Below are positions 1 through 11,039 of a stretch of 64,000 nucleotides of DNA, one piece after another. The first letter of the stretch is position 1; each line of letters starts with the position of its first letter. Source of the stretch: Octopus sinensis. Taxonomy: Eukaryota. The notes beneath the pieces were generated by a model that had not been told where the DNA came from, did not search any database, and worked only from the letters and a program-made list of their open reading frames with translations. Both the position numbers and the translations under genes were made by a program. The DNA lies in NCBI RefSeq assembly GCF_006345805.1, contig NC_042997.1, positions 173,848,001 through 173,912,000 of the forward strand, read 5' to 3'.

Positions 1-256
1 CGTGGAAGGTGTTTGTAAGCCATTTAAGAAACACACAAAGCCGTTCGATTCACTTCAACATTTAAGTTTAATTTGTCAAAATATTTTCGTCGCTATAAGA
101 CCGCGACCTGTTCATCGAGATGCAGCACGGATTTTTGTCAGTGAACAGGTCGCGGTCTTAAAGCGACGAAAATATTTTGACAAATTGAACTTAAATGTTG
201 AAGTGAACTGAACGGCTTTTGTGTGTTTCTTAAATGGCTTACAAACACCTTCCACG
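1..256. repeat. Imperfect palindrome (fold-back element), arms ~1-112 and ~140-256; left end may lie outside the window
   Basis: cgtggaaggtgtttgtaagccatttaagaaacacac at 1 is the reverse complement of gtgtgtttcttaaatggcttacaaacaccttccacg ending at 256; followed by (TA)n. Confidence 0.9.
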
Positions 257-756
257 TTGCAATATATATATATATATATATACTCTCTCTCTCTTTTACT
301 TGTTTCAGTCATTTGACTGCGGCCATACTGGAGCACCGCCTTATATATATATATATATATATAAAGCCTGGGTAAATAAATACTATTTTTATTACTGAAT
401 TTGGCGAAACTGCAGTATAAGAAAAGTTAAGTTTGTAAAAGTTTTTAAATCTCATCTCACGAAATATTATCCAGCTATTGTGTATCTAGTACACTCTTCG
501 CCTTGAATGTAATGATATATGTATAATATATGGCGTGTACTGGTACACCGGCGATTATAATTAATTTTATTGTATCGCATTTATCTTTGTTTACATATTC
601 TCTCGATAAATTTCTGACCGTTAGACGATATACCACAATCCCCTATTTGTGTCGGGTTTGTTCGGAGTCTGCGCAGTGTTTTGAATAGTTTAGAAAGAGC
701 ATTTCGATAGAAGCACATGGATCTATTGGTATGGTCTTTTCCATCATTAACAGGAA

Positions 757-828
757 TCTTACTGATGAGCCAGCCTGGGTAAATAAATACTATTTTTATA
801 CTGAATTTGGCGAAACTGCAGTATAAGA
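757..828 (+). ncRNA. Type I hammerhead ribozyme, copy 1 (predicted cleavage after 823)
   Basis: TCTTA-CTGATGA-GCCA...TGGC-GAAAC-TGCA-GTA-TAAGA: helix I TCTTA/TAAGA, helix II GCCA/TGGC, palindromic helix III ACTGCAGT, GUA triplet. Confidence 0.88.
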
Positions 829-1153
829 AAGTTAAGTTTGTAAAAGTTTTTAATCTCATCTCACGAAATTATCCAGCTATTGTTATCTAGTACACTCTTC
901 GCCTTGAATGTAATGATATATGTATAATATATGCGTGTACTGGTACACCGGCGATTATATTAATTTTATTGTATCGCATTTATCTTTGTTTACATATTCT
1001 CTCGATAAATTTCTGACCGTTAGACGATATACCACAATCCCCTATTTTGTCGGGTTTGTTCGGAGTCTGCGCAGTGTTTTGAATAGTTTAGAAAGAGCAT
1101 TTCGATAGAAGCACATGGATCTATTGGTATGGTCTTTCCATCATTAACAGGAA

Positions 1154-1226
1154 TCTTACTGATGAGCCAGCCTGGGTAAATAAATACTATTTTTATTACT
1201 GAATTTGGCGAAACTGCAGTATAAGA
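1154..1226 (+). ncRNA. Type I hammerhead ribozyme, copy 2 (cleavage after 1221)
   Basis: Same intact core and helices as copy 1. Confidence 0.88.
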
Positions 1227-1558
1227 AAAGTTAAGTTTGTAAAGTTTTTAAATCTCATCTCACGAAAATTATCCAGCTATTGTGTATCTAGTACACTCTT
1301 CGCCTTGAATGTAAGTAATGATATATGTATAATATATGGCGTGTACTGGTACACCGGCGATTATAATTAATTTTATTGTATCGCATTTATCTTTGTTTAC
1401 ATATTCTCTCGATAATTTCTGACCGTTAGACGATATACCACAATCCCCTATTTTGTCGGGTTTGTTCGGAGTCTGCGCAGTGTTTTGAATAGTTTAGAAA
1501 GAGCATTCGATAGAAGCACATGGATCTATTGGTATGGTCTTTCCATCATTAACAGGAA

Positions 1559-1631
1559 TCTTACTGATGAGCCAGCCTGGGTAAATAAATACTATTTTTA
1601 TTACTGGAATTGGCGAAACTGCAGTATAAGA
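1559..1631 (+). ncRNA. Type I hammerhead ribozyme, copy 3 (cleavage after 1626)
   Basis: Same intact core and helices as copy 1. Confidence 0.88.
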
Positions 1632-1959
1632 AAAGTTAAGTTTGTAAAAGTTTTTAAATCTCATCTCACGAAATTTATCCAGCTATTGTGTATCTAGTAC
1701 ACTCTTCGCCTTGAATGTAATGATATATGTATATATATGGCGTGTACTGGTACACCCGGCGATTATAATTATTTTTTGTATCGCATTTATCTTTGTTTAC
1801 ATATTCTCTCGATAAATTTCTGACCGTTAGACGATATACCACAATCCCTATTTTGTCGGGTTTGTTCGGAGTCTGCGCAGTGTTTTGAATAGTTTAGAAA
1901 GAGCATTTCGATAGAAGCACATGGATCTATTGGTATGGTCTTTCCATCATTAACAGGAA

Positions 1960-2032
1960 TCTTACTGATGAGCCAGCCTGGGTAAATAAATACTATTTTT
2001 ATTACTGAATTTGGCGAAACTGCAGTATAAGA
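1960..2032 (+). ncRNA. Type I hammerhead ribozyme, copy 4 (cleavage after 2027)
   Basis: Same intact core and helices as copy 1. Confidence 0.88.
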
Positions 2033-2363
2033 AAAGTTAAGTTTGTAAAAGTTTTTAAATCTCATCTCACGAAATTTATCCAGCTATTGTGTATCTAGTA
2101 CACTCTTCGCCTTGAATGTAATGATATATGTATAATATATGGCGTGTACTGGTACACCGCGATTATAATTAATTTTATTGTATGCATTTATCTTTGTTTA
2201 CATATTCTCTCTCTCGATAATTTCTGACCGTTAGACGATATACCACAATCCCCTATTTTGTCGGGTTTGTTCGGAGTCTGCGCAGTGTTTTAATAGTTTA
2301 GAAAGAGCATTTCGATAGAAGCACATGGATCTATTGGTATGGTCTTTCCATCATTAACAGGAA

Positions 2364-2434
2364 TCTTACTGATGAGCCAGCCTGGGTAAATAATACTATT
2401 TTTTTACTGAATTTGGCGAAACTGCAGTATAAGA
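2364..2434 (+). ncRNA. Type I hammerhead ribozyme, copy 5 (cleavage after 2429)
   Basis: Same intact core and helices as copy 1. Confidence 0.88.
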
Positions 2435-2766
2435 AAAGTTAAGTTTGTAAAAGTTTTTAAATCTCATCTCACGAAATTTATCCAGCTATTGTGTATCTAG
2501 TACACTCTTCGCCTTGAATGTAATGATATATGTATAAATATGGCGTGTACTGGTACACCGGCGATTATAATTAATTTTATTGTATCGCATTTATCTTTGT
2601 TTACATATTCTCTCGATAAATTTCTGACCGTTAGACGATATACCACAACATCCCCTATTTTGTCGGGTTTGTTCGGAGTCTGCGCAGTGTTTTGAATAGT
2701 TTAGAAAGAGCATTTCGATAGAAGCACATGGATCTATTGGTATGGTCTTTCCATCATTAACAGGAA

Positions 2767-2839
2767 TCTTACTGATGAGCCAGCCTGGGTAAATAAATAC
2801 TATTTTTATTACTGAATTTGGCGAAACTGCAGTATAAGA
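2767..2839 (+). ncRNA. Type I hammerhead ribozyme, copy 6 (cleavage after 2834)
   Basis: Same intact core and helices as copy 1. Confidence 0.88.
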
Positions 2840-3170
2840 AAAGTTAAGTTTGTAAAGTTTTTAAATCTCATCTCACGAAATTTATATCCAGCTATTGTGT
2901 ATCTAGTACACTCTTCGCCTTGAATGTAGATATATGTATAATATATGGCGTGTACTGGTACACCCGGCGATTATAATTAATTTTATTGTATCGCATTTAT
3001 CTTTGTTTACATATTCTCTCGATAAATTTCTGACCGTTAGACGATATACCACAATCCCCTATTTTGTCGGGTTTGTTCGGAGTCTGCGCAGTGTTTTGAA
3101 TAGTTTAGAAAGAGCATTTCGATAGAAGCACATGGATCTATTGGTATGGTCTTTCCATCATTAACAGGAA

Positions 3171-3243
3171 TCTTACTGATGAGCCAGCCTGGGTAAATAA
3201 ATACTATTTTTATTACTGAATTTGGCGAAACTGCAGTATAAGA
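3171..3243 (+). ncRNA. Type I hammerhead ribozyme, copy 7 (cleavage after 3238)
   Basis: Same intact core and helices as copy 1. Confidence 0.88.
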
Positions 3244-3573
3244 AAAGTTAAGTTTGTAAAAGTTTTTAAATCTCATCTCACGAAATTTATCCAGCTATTG
3301 TGTATCTAGTACACTCTTCGCCTTGAATGTAATGATATATGTATAATATATGGCGTGTACTGGTACACCGGCGATTATATTAATTTTATTGTATCGCATT
3401 TATCTTTGTTTACATATTCTCTCGATAAATTTCTGACCGTTAGACGATATACCACAATCCCCTATTTTGTCGGGTTTGTTCGGAGTCTGCGCAGTGTTTT
3501 GAATAGTTTAGAAAGAGCATTTCGATAGAAGCACATGGATCTATTGGTATGGTCTTTCCATCATTAACAGGAA

Positions 3574-3646
3574 TCTTACTGATGAGCCAGCCTGGGTAAA
3601 TAAATACTATTTTTTATTACTGAATTTGGCGAAACTGCAGTATAGA
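3574..3646 (+). ncRNA. Type I hammerhead ribozyme, copy 8 (cleavage after 3642)
   Basis: Intact core; the 3' strand of helix I lacks one A (TAGAA). Confidence 0.8.
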
Positions 3647-3815
3647 AAAAGTTAAGTTTGTAAAAGTTTTTAAATCTCATCTCACGAAAATTTATCCAGC
3701 TATTTGTATCTAGTACACTCTTCGCCTTGAATGTAATGATATATGTATAATATATGGCGTGTACTGGTACACCGGCGATTATAATTAATTTTATTGTATC
3801 GCATTTATCTTTGTT

Positions 3816-3847
<32 letters not shown>

Positions 3848-3929
3848 CATTACAAAATTTTTATGTTAAAATACCATAATAAAAAAAGTGAAAACCAGAC
3901 TATGTTTAACTTTATTCAACTGATATATT

Positions 3930-4037
3930 ATTCTATACACATTCACACAAATTCAGAATACACACACACACACACACACACCACATATATGTATATATAT
4001 GTATGTATCTAGGTATACATGTATATATATGCATATG

Positions 4038-4069
<32 letters not shown>

Positions 4070-4120
4070 TATATTGTGTGTGTGTTATGTATATATGTAT
4101 GTATGTATACATATGTGTAT

Positions 4121-4160
<40 letters not shown>

Positions 4161-4200
4161 GTGTGTGTGTATGTATATATGTATGTATACATATGTGAAT

Positions 4201-4252
<52 letters not shown>
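3930..4252. repeat. Compound CA/TA/TATG microsatellite
   Basis: Direct inspection. Confidence 0.95.
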
Positions 4253-4729
4253 GGGGAGGATGTATCTTTGCGCCTGTATTTGTCTCCCTACTGCTAGACA
4301 AATGGTGTTGATTTGCTTGTATCATCGTAACTTTGTGATTTGGCAAAAGAGGGTCGATAGAATAAGTATTAGACTTTATTTATAAACAAAAACGACTTAG
4401 GCCCTGGCGTGGCTGTGTGGTAAGAAGCTTTCTTACCAACACCATGATTCCTGATTGTGTCCCACTGCGTTGCACCTTGGGCAAGTGTCTTCTACTATAG
4501 TCTCGGGCCGACCAAAGCCTTGTAAGTGAATTTGGTAGACGGAAACTGCTAGATGGAATACGTCGTATATAATATATATACATATATACAGTATGATATC
4601 AAGGGCTATTTCTATAAGTAAAGCCAACGCTGGAAGGGGACTCTTAAGTCAAACTACTTCAATGAATATACACAGGCACCGAATTCGTGGGAATGAACAG
4701 AGGAGAAATTCCTTTTAAAAAGGTTTAGT

Positions 4730-4792
4730 CGTGTATCATTAATGATTTCATGGTCTGCATGTACAATATATGCTCTCCGTTCATCAGTACGC
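4730..4792 (-). ncRNA. Decayed type I hammerhead motif
   Basis: Minus strand cgta-CTGATGA-acgg...ccat-GAAAT-cattaatg-ATA-cacg; perfect 12-nt palindromic helix III (atcattaatgat); one mismatch each in helices I and II. Confidence 0.55.
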
Positions 4793-5115
4793 GCATAACC
4801 AGGAACTATAAGCATCTATACATACCATGCGAACAACAACGCATCCAGTAGAGCATATACAAATAATGTTCACACTTAAATATACATGAAAGGGGCTTCT
4901 CTTTCTTGTTCATCTCGGCCGTATGTTTCGGTCGAGCGCCCTGTATCTAGTTCTGGAAATTGTATTTCGTAAACCACAGACTACGCCGATGATCTTGCAG
5001 ATTTTTGCGTATACATATACGTAAATATTAACCGAAATAACTCTGAATATATTCCGGTTTAATTTTTAAATAAACTATAAATTTTTAAATAAACTATCAA
5101 GATAAAATCTACATA

Positions 5116-5487
5116 GGCGTAGAAGTGGCTGTGTGGTAAGTAGCTTGTTTACTAACCACATGGTTCCGGGTTCAGTCCCACTGCGTGGCACCTTGGGCAA
5201 GTGTCTTCTACTATAGCCTCGGGCCGACCAAAGCCTTGTGAGTGGATTTGGTAGACGGAAACTGAAAGAAGCCCGTCGTATATATGTATATGCGTGGGTG
5301 TGTTTGTGTCTGTGTTTGTCCCCCTAGCATTGCTTGACAACCGATGCTGGTGTGTTTACGTCCCCGTTACCTAGCGGTTCGGCAAAAGAGACTAAGTCCC
5401 GGGGTCGAGTTGCTCGATTAAAAAAGGCGGTGCTCCAGCATGGCCGCAGTCAAATGACTGAAACAAGTAAATGAGAGTAAATGAGTA
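5116..5487 (+). mobile_element. tRNA-derived SINE family B (CORE-like ccttgggcaagt motif, internal microsatellite)
   Basis: tggctgtgtggtaag A-box-like and ggttcagtccc B-box-like head, ccttgggcaagtgtc, tail ...gactgaaacaagtaaa; many copies in the window. Confidence 0.85.
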
Positions 5488-5930
5488 TAAGATTTTATCT
5501 AGTAGCCATCGAAAAGAAAAAAACTAATACAAACTATATAGTATTTTTTCCTTATATATAAAATACATAATTATATCAAGGGCTATCACTATGAGTAACG
5601 CCAACGCTTTAAGGGGACTACTTCAATAAATATACACAAGCACCTAATTCGGGGGTATGAACATAAGAGAAATTCTCTTAAAAAATGGTTTAGTCAGGTT
5701 TTATCCTTGTATATATATACTCTCTTTTACTCTTTTACTTGTTTCAGTCATTTGACTGCGGCCATGCTGGAGCACCGCCTTTAGTCGAGCAAATCGACCC
5801 CGGCACTTATTCTTTGTAAGCCCAGTACTTATTCTATCGGTCTCTTTTGCCGAACCGCTAAGTCACGCGGGGACGTAAACACACCAGCATCGGTTGTCAA
5901 GCAATGCTAGGAGGACAAACACAGACACAC

Positions 5931-5992
<62 letters not shown>

Positions 5993-6000
5993 AATATATC

Positions 6001-6537
6001 TTTGCAAGATAGAGGACGCCGTGATGGCGTCAGGCCTATCTGGTGACGTTGATGTTCGCCTGGGGCTAAATGCAACAGTGACACCCCCACCACCCTGCCC
6101 TGTCTAGCCATATTCGGTTGGCTAATATCCTTATATTACGGAGCAGTCACTGTTCTATATCTTATTTAGAGAATTATTATTGCTGTCGAACAGATTTTCG
6201 AAATCAGTAAATGTATTTACTTGAAAATCCTTATATATATCTTGCAAAGTTGGTCGTTCATCGAGAAGCGATGCCTACCACACGTTGATAATAGGCAATA
6301 CACTTGAAACCTAGGTCCGTGTGGTGGTATCGGCTTCTTGGTGAGTGATCTCCCTTTGCAAGATAGAGGACGCCGTGATGGCGTCAGGCCTATCTGGTGA
6401 CGTGATGTTCGCCTGGGGCTAAATGCAACAGTGACCCCCACCACCCTGCCCTGTCCCTAGCCATATTCGGTTGGCTAATATCCCTTATATTACGGAGCAG
6501 TCACTGTCTATATCCCATTTAGAGAATTATTATTGCT
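6001..6537 (+). mobile_element. ~354-bp tandem-unit element (1.5 copies) with HHR, embedded in (TA)n
   Basis: tttgcaagatagaggacgccgtgatgg at 6001 and 6355; TA tracts on both sides. Confidence 0.75.
6276..6326 (+). ncRNA. Type I hammerhead variant with U3-A8 core (cleavage after 6317)
   Basis: TACCACACG-TTGATAA-T-AGG-caataca-CTT-GAAAC-CTAG-GTC-CGTGTGGTG: 9-bp helix I, palindromic helix III ACCTAGGT, GUC triplet; helix II is weak. Confidence 0.65.
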
Positions 6538-6843
6538 ATATATATATATATATACATATATACGACAAGCTTCTTTCAGTTTCCGTCTGCCAAATCCACT
6601 CACAAGGCATTGGTCGGCCCGGGGCTATAGCAGAAGACACTTGCCCAAGATGCCACGCAGTGGGACTGAACCCGGAACCATGTGGTTGTTTAGCAAGCTA
6701 CTTACCACACAGCCACTCCTATATATATATAGTGGTCATTCCTCTTAATTTTGTATGTATAAAATTTTTAATCTTCGGATTTTTTAAAAATATGCTAGGC
6801 CACTGGTTTTAATTGATTAATATCAATTTCTACCCTTATTTAA

Positions 6844-7237
6844 TCTTTATATATAAAAGTCAAGTTGTGTGTCTGTCTCCTACGATTTAGATTCCTAGCT
6901 ACTCCCACATTTTGCGGTGCAGTGTAACCAAAAGTGGATATCTTATAGTCGTGATTCATATCGAGCCCTTCTGGGTATTAGCGCGCGTCTACGATGAGTC
7001 TACGATTAAAAAAAAAAATTACCATCATTTTTTCCCATTTTTAATGCATTTTTTGCTATTATATAAGGGAAGTAACTCTCTTAAAAATGTATTATTAAAT
7101 CTCAGAACGTAAAAAGCTACAGTAACACCCCTCTTTGTGGTTAGCATATTGAGATGGCTATTATACTTTACATATCTAAAAATGCTTATATAGTTATTTC
7201 CCTTACAAACCCGAGCAACGCCGTGCGATACTGCTAG
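6844..7237 (+). mobile_element. Non-autonomous Helitron-like element
   Basis: A|TC 5' end, 3' ...cccgagcaacgccgtgcgatactgCTAG|T; homologous to 34054-34563. Confidence 0.75.
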
Positions 7238-7687
7238 TTTTATATAAAAAATGTTCTCTAGCCGGTAAATTAACTGCTGTAGTTTCTTACCTGCAGAGTA
7301 ATTTCCGACCTCAGCGCGCCAAAGTGAAGGCATTTGAAGGCATTATATACACATAAATATAGTTTGTAGGACTTTATGCATGCTGGATTTCGGTCGAGCG
7401 CCCTGTATCTAGTTCTGGAAATTGTATTTCTTAAACGACAGACTACGCCGATGATCTTGCAGATTTTTGCGTATCCATATACGTAAATATTGACAAGTGA
7501 AACTAATTAGTACGTAGGTAATGGTTTTTTTTAATTTACGTATATTTTCATTTGTCTTATTTTTAAACTTTGGTTTTTGCTGAATTTTGTTATTGAGAAC
7601 ACATTCTTCGTGGTAAATGACGAGATTGACGTCTATATCTAGCATACAGGCTGTCCACTATTAATGGTCATTCCTCTTAATTTTGGT

Positions 7688-7724
7688 ATATATATATATA
7701 TTATATATATATATATATATTATA

Positions 7725-7760
<36 letters not shown>

Positions 7761-8000
7761 TGTATGTATGTATGTATGTATATGTTTGTACGTCTGTTTT
7801 TGTCCCCTCACCTTTGCTTGACAACCGATGTTGGTGTGTTTAATGTCCCCGTAACATAACGGTTCGGCAAAAGATCCTGATAGAGTAAGTATTAGGCTTA
7901 GAAAGAATAAGTCCTGGGGGTGATTTCTTCCACTAAAGGCGGTGCTCCAGCATGGCTGCAGTCAAATGACTGAAACAAGTAAATGACTACAAGAATAAAA
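7688..8000 (+). mobile_element. TA/TATG microsatellite followed by the 3' half of a SINE family B copy
   Basis: ttgacaaccgatgttggtgtg...ggcggtgctccagcatgg...gactgaaacaagtaaa. Confidence 0.8.
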
Positions 8001-8254
8001 GAATAGATACAAGAGTCGTAAATTTTTTTTGATGGTCCAAATAAAGGTTTTGACACTTATTTCTAGCAGGTAGACACTTTAATGTGTCCTTATGATTAAT
8101 ATAATTTTAATTCTTTAAGTATATCTTGCTATTTTTTAGGCCTGCAACCACCTGTTTTAATGTTTCTGTTATTATCAGCTATTTATATTGCCTTCGATAA
8201 TAATAGAAATATTAATATCTTATAAATATTCACTTCCGAATATTTTTGCTGCTG

Positions 8255-8395
8255 ATATATATTCATATATATACACACACATATATATATATATATATAT
8301 GTATATTTAGTGAGGGAAGAAATGGAGCTGAACGAAGATTTTACAAAATTCCTTTTTATTATTTTCTACATATGTTTCAAAGGCTGCAAAGTCCC

Positions 8396-8493
<98 letters not shown>

Positions 8494-8506
8494 ACATGTG
8501 TGTGTG

Positions 8507-8538
<32 letters not shown>

Positions 8539-8700
8539 TGTATGTATGTATGTATACATGTGTGTGTGTATATGTATGTGTGTATGTATGTATACATGTG
8601 TGTGTGTATATGTATGTATGTATGTATACATGTGTGTGTGTATATGTATATATATATATATATGTATGTATGTATACATGTGTGTGTATATGTATATATA

Positions 8701-8744
<44 letters not shown>

Positions 8745-8940
8745 TATATATGAATATACATGTGTGTATGTATACGTATGCAGGTATATACGTATATATA
8801 TTTACACGTGTGTATGTGTGTATGTATACGTATGCAGGTATATACGTATATATATTTACACGTGTGTATGTGTGTTTATGTATGTCTATAATTGTATATA
8901 TAGGGAGAGAGAGAGAGAGAGAAGAGAGAAAGACAGACGA
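8255..8940. repeat. Long compound TA/TATG/TG/AG microsatellite
   Basis: Direct inspection; source of several spurious ORFs. Confidence 0.95.
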
Positions 8941-9723
8941 ACAGACAGATGGATAGATACACGCCGACAGATATATAGATAGACTTATGATTATGTGTAT
9001 ATACAGTAGTTATGGTTATTTTGCTCTGAAATGTTGAAAGTTTGAATGATTGCTTTAAGGAAGCCATATTTTATAATAATAATAATAATAACAACAACAA
9101 TGATAATAATAATAATAATAATAATTTAAATGTTAAATATTATATTCAACAACAAATACTTTCTTATAAGGTACAATAAATAAATAATATTTATAAACGA
9201 AAAAAAGTTTGAACAAGTGATTTATATTAGATCAGTATTCATATATGAATTGATAATCTCAGAGATAAAAACAAAATATTTTTTTCAAACGCTTACGAAG
9301 TATTTATCTTGTGTAAAACACATTCTATTCATTTAAAATATTCATTTCTTTCAACTTGTTTGAATCTATCTCATTAAAAAAGAATTGCCATTCTGTTTTG
9401 GATGTCATAAAGCATTTTATAGACTTACAGACCTCTTCATTTCTGTCACACGAGGTCATATTTTTCTTTTTTGAAGTAAAATTCTTTACTTGTTAGGCTG
9501 TTTGTTAAAATATACTGAATGGCCAAAATTCGATCGAACACACTAAAACCACTATGTCACAGAGATATTGTTTCTTCTTTCCATGTTCTCCTCAACCCCA
9601 CTTCTCTTTCTCTCCTCCTCTTTACACTAATACTCTCTGATTCTTTGCTTTTACTAGATGCATACTCCAGTCAAATATGATAGCCAGGTCTCTTCATTTC
9701 TCTTCTTCTAATAGCACTATTTA

Positions 9724-9965
9724 GTGGAGGCGCATAGCTTAGTGGTTAGGGGTGTTGAACTCATGAGCATAAGATTGTGATTTCGATTCCTGGACCGGAC
9801 GACGCGTTGTATTCTTGACCGAAACACTTCATTTCACGTTGATCCAGTCCACTCAGCTGGGAAAAATGAGTAGTCCTACGTCAGACCGGCCTCCCGTCCA
9901 GATGGGAAATATATATATGCGATGGAAACCGGCCCTCACGTTTTCAATCCCACTGGTTATACCTT
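9724..9965 (+). mobile_element. Diverged tRNA-derived SINE (family C/D-like)
   Basis: ggaggcgcatagcttagtggttagg...tttcgattcctggaccgg tRNA-like head. Confidence 0.7.
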
Positions 9966-11039
9966 AAAGCTTAGGACATTCACTATACATATTAGAAAGC
10001 GAAATCCATTAAGCCCCACAACAGCTAATCTCAAGAATCGAAGCATAATTGTATCTTCTATGTTGATGTGTAAAAGGCGACCAAATTTCTCTCAAATCAC
10101 ACCATACTATCTTAAATAGAGCGGTGCTGGATAATGAAGTTCTAGATGAATTTAAACTGTTGAGTTAAGTACAGTCTGAATGTTTCTAATCATAGGTCTG
10201 ATTTATTGACCTTTAGCACACTACATTTTCTCTAGATTTGTTTCCCTTGGCACCGCTTTGTTACTACAAGGGAGAAAATTCATAGGGTGACAAGATGCAC
10301 CTACAGTGTGCTAAAGGTTAAGTCTGGCTTGGACGATTTAATAACGACAACGCAGAACACCACCACCACCACCACCACTACTACTTTTTTATCAGTACCA
10401 CTGTTTTTTGTGTACAAATTTAAAAGATGCACACATTTTTCTATCAACAAGATTTTCTTCTTCTCTCTCTCTCTCCGACAATGCTGTTATAAGTTTTGTT
10501 AGAAGATTTTCTATAAAAAAAAAAAGAAGTACAGCCTGCCGACTTTTGCGAGCAAATGTCGTTTCGAAGAGTGTACCATATTTTCGCTAATAGTTTTTGG
10601 TGCCTATGTAATCGTGTGCAGTCATAGACACCCGCTCGATCCTTTTAATCGTGACCCAGCGGAACATGCAGGAAGTGAAGACTGGAGAAAACGTGTGCTG
10701 TGCTAACACCCAGTTGGCTGTTGACTGCCTGTCGCCTCTGTATTCTCCTCTCAACCACGTGGAAACAGAAATAAAATTATTTGGTAGCGCTATTTTATCA
10801 AAATATTTCTGTGAACTGCACTACCCAATTCGGAAGGATCCCAAATATGCTCACTTAGAAGTTTTCTTTAAATTTGTCACACTCTGGCGTCGTACATCTG
10901 AAGATGCAGTCGCTCATTTACATGTATAATGTGAAACTGAATCTATATGTTGGTAAATACTGACAATTGGAGGCTGCTTTCTTCTTTTTCTTCACCCATG
11001 TGCGCGCGCGTGTGTGTGCCTGTGTATAAATGGCTAACA

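Larger units (their letters stand above)
365..3817 (+). mobile_element. Head-to-tail array of ~403-bp units (~8.6 copies), each carrying a type I hammerhead ribozyme; non-LTR retrozyme-like
   Basis: Unit marker cctggg at 367, 774, 1171, 1576, 1977, 2381, 2784, 3188, 3591; (TA)n tracts at both ends; HHR core in every complete unit. Confidence 0.85.
4596..5700 (-). mobile_element. Decayed ~600-bp tandem-unit element (about 1.2 units) with HHR relic, interrupted by a SINE
   Basis: atatcaagggcta... at 4596 recurs at 5573; spacing is ~605 bp after removing the SINE at 5116-5487. A related segment (ggtcgagcgccctgtatctag...) is at ~4925-5030 and ~7388-7490. Confidence 0.55.
5712..6722 (-). mobile_element. 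SINE family B copy split at its internal microsatellite by an HHR element
   Basis: 3' half (reverse complement) at ~5712-5930 and 5' half at ~6560-6722 are collinear around CA/TA tracts plus the 6001-6537 insert. Confidence 0.8.

Noticed and set aside
581-3276. Repeated ORFs in the 403-bp array (e.g. MRFKNFYKLNFS...)
   Set aside because: Frames differ between units through indels and no protein family is recognisable; the conserved signal is the RNA motif.
365-3817. CRISPR-like or Pol III-transcribed interpretation of the array
   Set aside because: The units are whole-length repeats with no unique spacers. gttcggagtc is only B-box-like, there is no clear A box, and several T4-T5 runs on the ribozyme strand would terminate Pol III.
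365-3817. Unit-to-unit single-base indels as biological divergence
   Set aside because: Most lie in homopolymers, the typical pattern of unpolished long-read error, so they cannot be used to date the array.
7265-7320. Minus-strand ctgaggt...gaaac motif
   Set aside because: A9 is missing and there is no helix I or II complementarity.
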